From NCBI GenBank assembly GCA_030693145.1, contig JAUYBI010000015.1, forward strand, positions 8,619 through 72,618: DNA of 64,000 nt. Direction: 5' to 3'. The position numbers and the translations under genes were made by a program. The stretch's first letter is position 1; each line of letters opens with the position of its first letter. The notes under the pieces are model-generated. The model had not been told where the DNA came from. It was given only the letters and a program-made list of their open reading frames with translations, and ran no database searches. Source of the DNA: Candidatus Omnitrophota bacterium (GTDB lineage Bacteria > Omnitrophota > Gorgyraeia > Gygaellales > Profunditerraquicolaceae). This document shows positions 11,208 through 20,072 of the stretch, piece after piece.

Positions 11208-12081
11208 TCAAGCAAGTATCCTGGTGGTTTGTCTTTGGGTGATCATGATCCTTTCCATGCTGGGCATGGGCCTGACCGGCCTGGTTTTTCAGGAGATAAA
11301 GTTTGCTAAGGTTTATCAGCGGATAAGTTTTTCCCTGCCCGCCGCCAAAGCCGCGCTGAAAACAGTTTTTTACCTGAGGCAGAGCGATCCTACGCCCGGT
11401 TTTGATACTTTTGAGGAGCTGGTAGAAGAAAATACTTGGGTTTTGTGCGCGGATAATTCCTATAAATATTATTTCGCGGATAAAAATAATTCCGCGGACG
11501 GGATTGAGGTTATTGACGAAGGCGCGTTGATTAATTTGAATACTGCCTCCCTGGATGTGCTGAAAAGGCTGCCGGGGATGGATGAGGATCTGGGGGAAAG
11601 TATCGTTAATTCCGGGGTGCGGCCGCTTAGTTCAATTCATGAAGTATTTTTGATTGAAGGTATGAGTAAGGATAAATTTATACTTTTTAAAGACTTAGTT
11701 ACTATATATGGAACAGGCAAGATCAATATTAATACCGCCAGCAAAGCGGTGTTATTAGCTTTGGGTTTGGATAATGAATTAGCAGGGGCGATTTTGCGTT
11801 TTCGGCAGGAATATAAGATCAAGAATCCTGATCCGGAATCTACCGAGGACTTAGGGTATGGTTTTTCCAGTGTGAATAAAATAATTGATGACTTAAGGAG
11901 TTTTACTTTTTTGGGTTTAAGGCAGGAGCAGGATCTCCTGGTGCTGCTTTCTGTATTCGACGTAAAGAGCGAGTACCTGCGCTTTAATATTATCCCTTAC
12001 TCCGGCGGCAGGGAGGGGCTGCACTACAGCATTGTTATTCATCCCGCAACTAAAAAGCTTCTTTCCTGGAACGAGTATTGA
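11170..12081 (+). CDS. gspK: Type II secretion minor pseudopilin GspK
   Basis: Two helix-hairpin-helix NINTAS repeats (INLNTASLDVLKRLPGM, ININTASKAVLLALGL) typical of GspK. N-terminal TM helix. The ATG at 11170 (MNMPRQ..) is preferred over the track start at 11092, which overlaps the previous gene by 115 nt. Confidence 0.7.
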   Translation: MNMPRQYFYPQHNQASILVVCLWVIMILSMLGMGLTGLVFQEIKFAKVYQRISFSLPAAKAALKTVFYLRQSDPTPGFDTFEELVEENTWVLCADNSYKYYFADKNNSADGIEVIDEGALINLNTASLDVLKRLPGMDEDLGESIVNSGVRPLSSIHEVFLIEGMSKDKFILFKDLVTIYGTGKININTASKAVLLALGLDNELAGAILRFRQEYKIKNPDPESTEDLGYGFSSVNKIIDDLRSFTFLGLRQEQDLLVLLSVFDVKSEYLRFNIIPYSGGREGLHYSIVIHPATKKLLSWNEY

Positions 12082-12100
12082 TACTATTTTAAACTCTGCT

Positions 12101-12185
12101 GATTAACAATAGTAGGGTGGGTTTAAACCTTGGTTAACAATAGTAGGGTGGGTTTAAACCCACCCTACTATTGTTAACCAAGGTT
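12101..12185. repeat. One-and-a-half PalA T-variant copies. 12130-12181 is a 52-bp perfect palindrome (TTGGTTAACAATAGTAGGGTGGGTTTAAACCCACCCTACTATTGTTAACCAA)
   Basis: Read directly. Preceded by an extra left half, TTAACAATAGTAGGGTGGGTTTAAACC. Confidence 0.85.
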
Positions 12186-12240
12186 TGTTATACAGTCGGA
12201 GATTAATTGACTTGACAAAGGAGCCTATCTTTACTAAAAT

Positions 12241-12302
12241 TATATAGTAAAATTTTACTATATGCAAAAGTAGCGCAGGTTTAAACCCGCACTACTTTTG
12301 GG
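12241..12302. repeat. AT-rich 24-bp perfect palindrome (TATATAGTAAAATTTTACTATATA) followed by a degenerate PalA variant (GTAGCGCAGGTTTAAACCCGCACTAC)
   Basis: Read directly. Lies in the intergenic gap before the PCP_red gene and could be an operator or promoter region. Confidence 0.6.
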
Positions 12303-12348
12303 TTATTCAGTTGGTAAAATAACTCTTTTATATCACTAAGGCTAAATC

Positions 12349-12618
12349 ATGGTTTGGGAAGCAGCGACTGAAAGCAAGTTTAAGGTCTTAATTTCTAAGA
12401 TCCCGATATTCCATCGGCGGATTACCGAATCCGTAGTTAGGCGTCAAGCTGAAGAGATTGCCGCCAGGCGTAATGCATCTGGAGTCCAAGAGCAGGATGT
12501 GGTGGCGGCTTTTTTTTCGGATGTTCCCTCGCCATTTTACAGTATGATGGTCCGCCTGCTCGGGCAAAATGGGTTTGATTATAAAAAGTACGGTTTTCCT
12601 AAAAACATTAAAAAATAA
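12349..12618 (+). CDS. Small PCP_red-domain protein (protochlorophyllide-reductase 57 kDa C-terminal-domain-like), function unknown
   Basis: 89 aa. W..A...K....KIPIF.RR......R..AEE.A motif resembling the Pfam PCP_red domain. Directly precedes the oxidoreductase gene. Confidence 0.45.
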   Translation: MVWEAATESKFKVLISKIPIFHRRITESVVRRQAEEIAARRNASGVQEQDVVAAFFSDVPSPFYSMMVRLLGQNGFDYKKYGFPKNIKK

Positions 12619-13622
12619 TGCGGATTGCGGTTATTGGTGCCGGAGCCATAGGTTGTTTAGTCGCGGGTTACCTTAAAGAAAAAGGCGAAGAGGTAACTTT
12701 AGTCGGGCATGGCCATACAGTTAAGGCGATTCATGAGCATGGTGTCGCTATCTCCGGGGCCAGGGGAAGTTTTAAGGTGCCGGTGAGCATTGCCGACACC
12801 TTAAACTATATTCCGGATTTAGTAATTTTAACCACTAAAACGCAAAATATTGATTCGGCTTTAGCGGATAGCGCGCATTTAATACAAAACTCTTTGTTGC
12901 TCACCACGCAAAATGGCGTGCAGGCGGATAAGTTGGCGGCAAAATACCTGCCTGCCGAAAAGATTATTTCCAGCATCGTGATGTTCGGCGCGACCAGCTT
13001 AGAAAGCGGCAAGGTGGTGCATAATTTTGAAGGCAGCTGGATAATCGGCAGCCTTTTTAATTCCCACCCTACGGAATCCCTGATTTCTTTAAGCTTGGTT
13101 TTAGACAAGGCCTTTCCTGTGATTATCAGCCAGGATATGCAGGGAATGAAATATTTGAAAATTTTTGTCAATGCTAATAATTGCCTGCCGGCGATTATCG
13201 GCAAGAGCATGCAGGAAGTTTTTAGCGATTTAACGATGAGCCGGATCAGTATCGCTATCTGGAAAGAGGCTTTTGAGGTTTTTGATAAAATCGGGATAGA
13301 TTTAGTTTCTCTTCCCGGGTTTCCGGTGGAGAACCTCACCAAATTTACTACCATGCCCAGCGCGCATGCCGCGGAGATCTTTTCGGCCATGATGAGGAAT
13401 CTAAGCAAAGACCCGTTGTACGGCTCAATATTGCAGAGCATCATGCGCGGTAAACTTTCGGAGATTGATTATATTAACGGTGAATTCGTGCGCCTGGCTG
13501 AGGAAAACAATCTGCAGGCGCCATTGAATAAAATTTTGGTGGACATGGTGCATCAGGTAGAAGCAAACCGAAGATTTTTTAGTAAAGAAGATTTAATCCA
13601 GAAGACTAAGGAGCTGGTTTAG
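12618..13622 (+). CDS. 2-dehydropantoate 2-reductase family oxidoreductase (ApbA/PanE-like)
   Basis: N-terminal MRIAVIGAGAIGCLVAGYL Rossmann motif, DLVILTTK, and a C-terminal ApbA_C-like region (SEIDYINGEFV). 334 aa. Confidence 0.75.
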   Translation: MRIAVIGAGAIGCLVAGYLKEKGEEVTLVGHGHTVKAIHEHGVAISGARGSFKVPVSIADTLNYIPDLVILTTKTQNIDSALADSAHLIQNSLLLTTQNGVQADKLAAKYLPAEKIISSIVMFGATSLESGKVVHNFEGSWIIGSLFNSHPTESLISLSLVLDKAFPVIISQDMQGMKYLKIFVNANNCLPAIIGKSMQEVFSDLTMSRISIAIWKEAFEVFDKIGIDLVSLPGFPVENLTKFTTMPSAHAAEIFSAMMRNLSKDPLYGSILQSIMRGKLSEIDYINGEFVRLAEENNLQAPLNKILVDMVHQVEANRRFFSKEDLIQKTKELV

Positions 13623-13625
13623 ATA

Positions 13626-14213
13626 ATGAATGAAGTAAATACCCCCTTTCCGCGGCTAAGGCTTACCGTAACCCAAGTTATGGGTGTCTGTTACCATGGT
13701 TACAAAATTGGCGATGAGATTATTTTAGAAGATTTTACGCATGGGCCTAAACATTTCTGTTTAGGATTGGCGCACGCTCTTTTTCCGGTAATCTACGCTT
13801 TAAGCTTTGGCGCAAAATTTGGTTTTCGTGATAATCAGCGCTCGCTGTTGGTGACCTGTCCGGATGGAGGCAAGCTGGAGTTTAAAGCCGAGATTTTGGA
13901 TAAACAGGGTAAGCTTGAGGAAATTCCGCGCGACCCGGAACATAAGGGGCCGCAGCCTAAGAAAATGATTCTGGAAGTAGTGCAATCCAAGGGCAAGTGC
14001 ACTTTTGGATATAAAGTAGGTGATAAATGGGAAACGCAGGGTTTAAAATGTATTCCGGATTTTTGCGGAGCGGCATTTCACACTGCTTTTCCGGCTTTGT
14101 TTGCTTTAAATTTTGGAGCCCAGTTTTTCTTTATGCCCAATCCGGATACAATTGATACGGTTACTTGCCCGGATGGCGGGAATATTATTTTTAAAGTGAA
14201 AAGGATAGATTAA
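13626..14213 (+). CDS. Tandem-duplicated TIGR04076-like domain protein, function unknown
   Basis: Two internal repeats. Each carries C.HG.KIGDE ... FC.G.AHA.FP...AL.FGA.F ... CPDGG..F, the pattern I recall for the TIGR04076 small-protein family. Confidence 0.45.
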   Translation: MNEVNTPFPRLRLTVTQVMGVCYHGYKIGDEIILEDFTHGPKHFCLGLAHALFPVIYALSFGAKFGFRDNQRSLLVTCPDGGKLEFKAEILDKQGKLEEIPRDPEHKGPQPKKMILEVVQSKGKCTFGYKVGDKWETQGLKCIPDFCGAAFHTAFPALFALNFGAQFFFMPNPDTIDTVTCPDGGNIIFKVKRID

Positions 14214-14219
14214 AGTAGA

Positions 14220-14259
14220 GTAGGGGAGGTTTAAACCTCCCCTACAGTTGTGGATAACT
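14220..14259. repeat. PalA G-variant with the CAGTTGTGGATAACT tail
   Basis: Perfect 26-bp palindrome at 14220-14245. The tail carries TGTGGATAA. Confidence 0.85.
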
Positions 14260-14283
14260 CACAGTGTGAAAGGAAAAAGAGAA

Positions 14284-15543
14284 GTGATTAAACGCAGGGT
14301 AGTGATTACCGGCATTGGGGTAATTTCGCCTAATGGCATCGGTAAAAAGAATGCCTGGGAAGGTTTTGCCGGCGGAAAATCCGGGGTACGTTTAGTTGAT
14401 GGTTTTGATGTCTCAGTATTTAATACTAAAATTGCCGCGGAGGTGCGCGATTTTGATCCTTTTAAATTAGGCTTAAGCCATGAAGAAGCCATGCGCATGG
14501 ATCGCTATGTGCAATTTGGCGTAGCTGCCGGTAAAATGGCAGTGGAAGACAGTAAGTTGGACTTTTCTCAAGAAGATGTTCAGCGCATCGGCGTTTGTTT
14601 AGCTAATGCTATCTGCGGGACCAAATATATGGAAGAAGAGTTTGCTTTGGTTACTGACGACGGGAAAAAACCCATAGATCCGAGTTTAGTGCGGCCGGAT
14701 TTATATGATGCGGCAATGTTTAATACTCCGTCAATTGAAATCAGCGCGCGTTTCGGCTTAAAAGGAAGTTGTAATACTATTTCCACCGGATGCACCGCAG
14801 GCACGGATTCCTTAGGTTTTGGCCTGGAAAGTATTCAGGATGGGTCGTTGGATGTGATGATTTGCGGAGCAGCCGAAGCGCCGCTTACTCCGATTACCTT
14901 TGGCGCTTTTGACGTGGTAAATGTCTTATCAGTGCATAATGATGAGCCGCAAAAAGCATCGCGCCCCTTTGATAATAAAAGGGATGGGTTTGTTTTAGGA
15001 GAGGGGGCCGGGATACTGGTGCTGGAGGAATTAAATCACGCCTTAAAGCGGAATGCCCCGATTTATTGCGAGATTTTGGGTTTCGGCACCAGTTGTAATG
15101 CTTTTCATATGACGGATCTTCCTTCTGATGGACGGGCAATGGAGACCTGTATTGCCCTGGCCTTAAAAGATGCGCAGGTTAAACCCTCTGAAATTGATTA
15201 TATCAACGCGCATGGCTCAAGTACGCGGATGAATGATATTTTTGAAAGTAATGCTTATAAAGCGATTTTTGACGAAGCTGCCTATCAGCTGCCTATCAGT
15301 TCATTTAAATCTATGATCGGCCACCCTCTGGCTGCGGCTAATGCTATTGAGATGACGATTGCCGCGATGATTTTTGAGAAAAATATTCTTCCTCCGACGA
15401 TAAACCAAGAGGAAAAAGACCCGCAGTGTGACCTGTATTATATTCCCAATGAAGCGATACAGAAAAAAGTAAATATTATTTTAAAAACCAGCAGTGGTTT
15501 TTCAGGGATACACTCTTCGCTGGTTTTGAAACGATTTAAATAA
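14284..15543 (+). CDS. Beta-ketoacyl synthase (FabF/KS-alpha-like), catalytic Cys-His-His present
   Basis: VVITGIGVISPNG. Active-site ISTGCTAGTD. Conserved His residues at HGSSTRMND and SMIGHPLAAA. The track start (14248, TTG) lies inside the palindromic repeat. The GTG at 14284 gives MIKRRVVITG. Confidence 0.85.
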   Translation: MIKRRVVITGIGVISPNGIGKKNAWEGFAGGKSGVRLVDGFDVSVFNTKIAAEVRDFDPFKLGLSHEEAMRMDRYVQFGVAAGKMAVEDSKLDFSQEDVQRIGVCLANAICGTKYMEEEFALVTDDGKKPIDPSLVRPDLYDAAMFNTPSIEISARFGLKGSCNTISTGCTAGTDSLGFGLESIQDGSLDVMICGAAEAPLTPITFGAFDVVNVLSVHNDEPQKASRPFDNKRDGFVLGEGAGILVLEELNHALKRNAPIYCEILGFGTSCNAFHMTDLPSDGRAMETCIALALKDAQVKPSEIDYINAHGSSTRMNDIFESNAYKAIFDEAAYQLPISSFKSMIGHPLAAANAIEMTIAAMIFEKNILPPTINQEEKDPQCDLYYIPNEAIQKKVNIILKTSSGFSGIHSSLVLKRFK

Positions 15544-15611
15544 AGGGGACGGTTCTATTTTTTATAGAGCCTGTTTGATAAAAAAATAGAACCGTCCCCG
15601 GGATTTTAACT
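15543..15611. repeat. HpB hairpin with GGGATTTTAACT tail between the KS and CLF-like genes
   Basis: AAAGGGGACGGTTCTATTTTTT..AAAAAATAGAACCGTCCCC-GGGATTTT, ending at the ATG. Confidence 0.8.
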
Positions 15612-16841
15612 ATGAATAAAATTGCTATCACGGGTATCGGCGTAGTCAGCCCCTCAGGGATCGGCAAGCGGCAATTCTGGGCGAATATTAAAAGCGGACG
15701 CTCGTTCATTAAAAAGATTACGCGTTTTGATGCCAGCCTTTATCCTGCGCATATTGCCGGGCAAATTGATGACCTGGAAAAGTATAGCCATATCTCCGAG
15801 AGGCTGCTGAAGAAAATTGATGCTTTTTCACATATGGCGCTGGTGGCCGCAGAGCTGGCTTTGCAGGATGCCGGGATTGATATTAAGAATGAAGATCCGA
15901 ACCTGGTGGGTATCTTTTTAGGTAATGCTATTGGCGGCTGGCTTTACGCGGAGACAGAGTTAAGGGACCTGTATTTAGAGGGGCGCCAGGGTGTCTCACC
16001 TTACATGGCTAGCGCCTGGTTTCCGGCGGCACCTCAAGGCCAGGTTTCAATTTATTATGGGATTAAAGGTTTTAGCAAGACCGTAGTCAGCGACCGGGCC
16101 AGCTCCCTGATGGCGCTGGGCTATGCCCGGAAAGTTTTGGCTAAAAATAAACTAAACATGATTTTAGCCGGAGGGATGGAGGCGCCGGTTACTCCGTATG
16201 CTTTATTATGTTGTAATACCTATGGGGCGCTCTCTAAAAACAATGATCATCCGGCGGCAGCTTATCGTCCATTTGACCAGGAGCGCAGCGGTTTTGTGAT
16301 TGGCGAAGGCGCGGGGATTGTGGTCATGGAAAGTATTCAACGCGCCAGGGGCCGGGGCGCGAATATTTTAGGCTTAATTAGCGGCTATGGCACTTCTTGT
16401 GACGGGGTAAATAGAATTAATTGCGCTAGCGACGGGAAGGAACTGGCGCGGGCGATAAATATGGCGCTGGCGGATGCCCAAGTGGCTGCTGAAGAAATTG
16501 GTTATATCAGTTTAGACGGCTTGGCAGTGGAGCTTTGGGATAACTCCGAAATTAAAGCGCTAGAATTAGTTTTTGGGGAGAACTTAAAGAAAATTCCTGT
16601 AAGCTGCCCAAAATCTATGTTCGGGAATTTGCTGGGGGCTTCCGGTGTTTTAGATATGATTATCGCGCTTTTAACTATGGAGCATAGTTTAGTCCCTCCG
16701 ATATTGAATTTAGAGAAGCCGGCTTTAAACAGTTTAAATTATGTGGCTAAAGAGTCCAGGGAATATAAGGTAAGTAAATCTTTGATTATTTCACGCGGAA
16801 GAGGCGGGATTAATTCGGTTTTGGTTGTTGAGAAATTATAA
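15612..16841 (+). CDS. Ketosynthase-like partner lacking the catalytic triad (chain-length-factor / KS-beta-like)
   Basis: KS fold (IAITGIGVVSPSG). At the active-site position the sequence is VVSDRASSLMALG, with Arg in place of Cys. Neither conserved His is present (LDGLAVELWD, SMFGNLLGAS). Confidence 0.75.
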   Translation: MNKIAITGIGVVSPSGIGKRQFWANIKSGRSFIKKITRFDASLYPAHIAGQIDDLEKYSHISERLLKKIDAFSHMALVAAELALQDAGIDIKNEDPNLVGIFLGNAIGGWLYAETELRDLYLEGRQGVSPYMASAWFPAAPQGQVSIYYGIKGFSKTVVSDRASSLMALGYARKVLAKNKLNMILAGGMEAPVTPYALLCCNTYGALSKNNDHPAAAYRPFDQERSGFVIGEGAGIVVMESIQRARGRGANILGLISGYGTSCDGVNRINCASDGKELARAINMALADAQVAAEEIGYISLDGLAVELWDNSEIKALELVFGENLKKIPVSCPKSMFGNLLGASGVLDMIIALLTMEHSLVPPILNLEKPALNSLNYVAKESREYKVSKSLIISRGRGGINSVLVVEKL

Positions 16842-16842
16842 G

Positions 16843-16882
16843 GCAGGGGAGGTTTAAACCTCCCCATGTTTTAAAACGGAGG
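16843..16882. repeat. Truncated PalA (GCAGGGGAGGTTTAAACCTCCCC) fused to the ATGTTTTAAAACGGAGG RBS module
   Basis: A chimera of the two repeat families directly upstream of the radical SAM gene start. Confidence 0.7.
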
Positions 16883-16886
16883 AAAT

Positions 16887-18347
16887 ATGAAAATACTATT
16901 TGTTATGCCGAAAGTCGGTGCTTGGGCAACGCATGGAACACATCGTTCTCCGAATCAGTTATACGCGCATTGGGCGGCTTATGCGCGCGAAAGAGGCTAT
17001 GAGGATGTTTCTGTCTTAGACGGTAAAGCAGATCAAATTCCGATGGACGCTCTGATTGAACAAGTAAAACTTAAAAATCCGGATATCGTGGTGATGGGGG
17101 AGCAGCTGCACGGTTATGGCGGATATGGAGTTCTGCGGCATTTTAAAGATGCGGCCCTGGGGATTAAAAAAGCGCTGCCGAGAACAAAAATAATTCTCGG
17201 TGGGTTATGGTATTCCGCAATGCCGGTGCCGACATTAGAGGAGAATCCCGCGGTTGATTTTGTGGTGATGGGGGAAGAAGAATCTTTCGGAGATTTGATT
17301 GAGGCCATCGATAAAAATAAGCCTTTTGGCGACGTGGGCGGAGTCACTTCCCGCGTTGCCGGGGAAATTGTCATGGGCCCCCATAAGCCGCTGATGGAAG
17401 ATTTAGACAAGCTTCCTCTGCCGGCCTATGATTTATTTCCGATGGATAAATATGTAGGCCACACCTATTGGAAACCATTTGTGGATATCGTTACTTCGCG
17501 GGGATGCCCTTCAGCGTGCACCTTTTGTTATGAATGGGATCAGTTTGACCCGCGTTCACCTTCAGATTTCTTGAAATGGCGGGCGAAGTCTCCGGAAAGA
17601 GTTATGGAGGAGCTGAATCTTTTGCATCGAAAGTACGGAGTTAAAGTCGTGGTTATCCAGGACGACAATTTTAATGTCGACCCTAAAAGAGTACAGAAGT
17701 TCTGTGAACTTAAAAAAGCATCGAACAATCCGATTAAGTGGGTATCTTTAGGCCGGGCTATTGATTGGGTTAATTGTGAATCCATCCTGCCCCTGATGAA
17801 GGAAAATGGTTTATTCATGGGTGTTTTCGGTATTGAGGTTACCACGCAATCAGAGCTCAAGCGCATCGCTAAAGGTATTACCATTGACCAGATTAAGAAA
17901 ACCATAGAGATCCTGCGCAAAAATGATATCGCGATTGTCGCCGATATCATGATGGGTTTTGATTATGACACCGAAGCGATTATCAAGCAGCGTTTTGAGT
18001 TTACGGATCAGGTGGATCCGGATATTCTTTGGGTGGGCTATGTTACTCCTGCCCCGAATTCGCCGATGTGGAGGATTGCTTTAAAGAAAAACTGGATTGA
18101 TCCTAAAAAAGTAGATTTTAGCCGGTGGGATTTCTTGCATCCGGTAATTCCTACGGACCATCTGTCTACGGAAGATCTCGGACGCCTGGGTTCCTGGTGT
18201 ATGCGTGAATTTTTTTCCAAGCCCGGGCGCATTAATAGAATTATGGAAAGTGATTTTGATCCATTAGCTAAGCTTTGCTTTCAGGACGTGATGGCCGGAG
18301 TTGGTAAATGGGAAGCAGCCGCAACCAAGGGCGAAGTGCAGATATAG
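16887..18347 (+). CDS. B12-binding-domain radical SAM enzyme (class B radical SAM)
   Basis: N-terminal cobalamin-binding-like domain. Radical SAM core with a CPSACTFC (CxxxCxxC) cluster motif. 486 aa. Confidence 0.8.
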   Translation: MKILFVMPKVGAWATHGTHRSPNQLYAHWAAYARERGYEDVSVLDGKADQIPMDALIEQVKLKNPDIVVMGEQLHGYGGYGVLRHFKDAALGIKKALPRTKIILGGLWYSAMPVPTLEENPAVDFVVMGEEESFGDLIEAIDKNKPFGDVGGVTSRVAGEIVMGPHKPLMEDLDKLPLPAYDLFPMDKYVGHTYWKPFVDIVTSRGCPSACTFCYEWDQFDPRSPSDFLKWRAKSPERVMEELNLLHRKYGVKVVVIQDDNFNVDPKRVQKFCELKKASNNPIKWVSLGRAIDWVNCESILPLMKENGLFMGVFGIEVTTQSELKRIAKGITIDQIKKTIEILRKNDIAIVADIMMGFDYDTEAIIKQRFEFTDQVDPDILWVGYVTPAPNSPMWRIALKKNWIDPKKVDFSRWDFLHPVIPTDHLSTEDLGRLGSWCMREFFSKPGRINRIMESDFDPLAKLCFQDVMAGVGKWEAAATKGEVQI

Positions 18348-18352
18348 AATTA

Positions 18353-18430
18353 AATCAAGGGGACGGTTCTATTTTTCCGTCGCCCAACTGGTTTGAAAAA
18401 CAGAACCGTCCCCATGTTTTAAAACGGAGG
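18353..18430. repeat. HpB hairpin plus the conserved ATGTTTTAAAACGGAGG RBS module upstream of the ACP gene
   Basis: AATCAAGGGGACGGTTCTATTTTTCCGTCGC...CAGAACCGTCCCC-ATGTTTTAAAACGGAGGATAAATG. Confidence 0.8.
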
Positions 18431-18434
18431 ATAA

Positions 18435-18671
18435 ATGGATACAAAAATAAAAATAAAAGAAGTATTGAGCAGTTTATTAAAAGTAAAAATTGAGGAATTA
18501 AAAGACGGCTCTACTTTAATTGACAGCATCGGCGTGGATTCTACGGAGATGGTGGAATCGGTGATTGCCCTGGAAAAATCATTCGGGGTGAAGCTTAGCC
18601 CCAAAGAGATTACCAAGAACTCAACGATTAACGATATCGTAAATAATATCCAGTCAAAGTTAAATAAATAA
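18435..18671 (+). CDS. Acyl carrier protein
   Basis: 78 aa. Phosphopantetheine attachment motif LIDSIGVDSTEMVE (DSxGxDS). Confidence 0.8.
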   Translation: MDTKIKIKEVLSSLLKVKIEELKDGSTLIDSIGVDSTEMVESVIALEKSFGVKLSPKEITKNSTINDIVNNIQSKLNK

Positions 18672-18673
18672 AG

Positions 18674-18711
18674 TTATCCACAACCGTAGGGTGGGTTTAA
18701 ACCCACCCTAC
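18674..18711. repeat. PalA T-variant in inverted tail orientation (TTATCCACAACC-GTAGGGTGGGTTTAAACCCACCCTAC)
   Basis: Perfect palindrome. TTATCCACA precedes it. Confidence 0.85.
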
Positions 18712-18740
18712 AGGGGTAAATAAAAAGAGGAGCCAGCCGG

Positions 18741-19541
18741 GTGAAGATAGTTGATTTAAGCCTGCCCATCGATGAGTCGGCTTTTGAGGTGCACAAGGTG
18801 GATATTGAACGGATAACGCATCGAGCCGGTGTAGATAAATTTAATCGCGTGATTATGGGCAAGGCCCTGTGGGGTAAAATAAAATACGCCTTAGGACAGC
18901 GCATCGTGAAAAAAGAACAGCTGCCCGACGAAGAATTTCTCTCCTTAGAGATCGTGCACGCTCCGGTGCATATCGGAACACACCTGGATTATTCTTTCCA
19001 TTACGGCTCAAAATCAGAGAACCGCGCCTCCAAGACCGCGGATGAGATCCCGTTAGAATATTGTTATCAGGATGGGGTTAAACTTGATTTTAGGCATAAA
19101 AAACCCAATGAGGTAATCAAGGCAGCGGATATAGAAAGCGCTCTAAAGAAGACAAATTATCAACTTAAGCCTTTAGATATTGTATTATTACAGACGGCAG
19201 CGGATAAGCTTTATGGCGGGCCAAAATATTTTTCCGATTATCCTGGCGTAGATCCCTCAGCTATAGAATATCTTTTAGATAAAGGAATTAAGATCTTTGG
19301 CGTAGACACGATGGGGATTGACCGGCCGTATAGATTTATGCTCAGTGAATTTATTAAGACCAAAGATCCAAAGACATTTTATCCAGCGCATTTTTATGGC
19401 CGTAAAAGAGAATTTATCCATATCGAGCGGCTGGCGAACCTGGAAAAAATACCGGATTCCGGTTTTAAGATTCTTTGTTTTCCGATACGCATAAAGAATA
19501 CTGGCGCAGCTTGGGCCAGAGTAGTTGCTCTTTTAGATTAA
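18741..19541 (+). CDS. Cyclase-family protein (Pfam Cyclase / kynurenine-formamidase-like fold)
   Basis: GTG start after RBS aagaggag. HAPVHIGTHLDYSFHYG matches the HxGTHxDxPxH metal-binding motif of the putative cyclase family. Confidence 0.65.
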   Translation: MKIVDLSLPIDESAFEVHKVDIERITHRAGVDKFNRVIMGKALWGKIKYALGQRIVKKEQLPDEEFLSLEIVHAPVHIGTHLDYSFHYGSKSENRASKTADEIPLEYCYQDGVKLDFRHKKPNEVIKAADIESALKKTNYQLKPLDIVLLQTAADKLYGGPKYFSDYPGVDPSAIEYLLDKGIKIFGVDTMGIDRPYRFMLSEFIKTKDPKTFYPAHFYGRKREFIHIERLANLEKIPDSGFKILCFPIRIKNTGAAWARVVALLD

Positions 19542-19548
19542 AATTAAA

Positions 19549-19626
19549 AATCAAGGGGACGGTTCTGTTTTTCCGTCGCTTAATCTAATTGAAAAATAGA
19601 ACCGTCCCCATGTTTTAAAACGGAGG
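19549..19626. repeat. HpB hairpin plus the ATGTTTTAAAACGGAGG module upstream of the SRPBCC gene
   Basis: About 85% identical to the 18353 copy, including the loop TTTTTCCGTCGC. Confidence 0.8.
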
Positions 19627-19631
19627 GACAA

Positions 19632-20072
19632 ATGGGCCACACGTGTAACTCGATTATTATTAATGCGCCTTATGGTTTAGTTTTTGATATTTCTAATGAT
19701 ATTACGCGTTGGACGGAGTTATTCGGTACGGAATATAAAAAAGCAGAGGTAGTGAAGAAAGAATCCAATAAGATTACTTTTCGCCTGACGGATGAAGATG
19801 ATAAATCCTGGCAATCCTGGCGGCTGCTTTTTAAGGATAAGTATTTTGCCTATGCGGAAAGGGAGGAGCCCAAATTTCCTTTTAAATATATGAAGATCAT
19901 CTGGCTTTATACGCCTAAACCAGAAGGAATAGAAATGGCCTGGATCCAACATTTTGAGATGGAGCAAAAGGCTAAGTTTAATGATGCGCAGATTGAAGGG
20001 TTTATTAATGAAGGCTCGCAGGATAATTTGAAGATTTTTAAAGAGATTATTGAAAAAGAAGCGCTGAAGTGA
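19632..20072 (+). CDS. SRPBCC-fold protein (polyketide cyclase/dehydrase-like, Polyketide_cyc2-like)
   Basis: 146 aa. N-terminal IINAPYGLVFDISNDITRWTELF resembles the I.AP.E.VW..L.D.E.WP.W start of Polyketide_cyc2/SRPBCC proteins. Confidence 0.45.
   Translation: MGHTCNSIIINAPYGLVFDISNDITRWTELFGTEYKKAEVVKKESNKITFRLTDEDDKSWQSWRLLFKDKYFAYAEREEPKFPFKYMKIIWLYTPKPEGIEMAWIQHFEMEQKAKFNDAQIEGFINEGSQDNLKIFKEIIEKEALK

Noticed and set aside
12806-13444. 212-aa minus-strand ORF
   Set aside because: Antisense to the ApbA/PanE-family gene, which has clear Rossmann and ApbA_C motifs.
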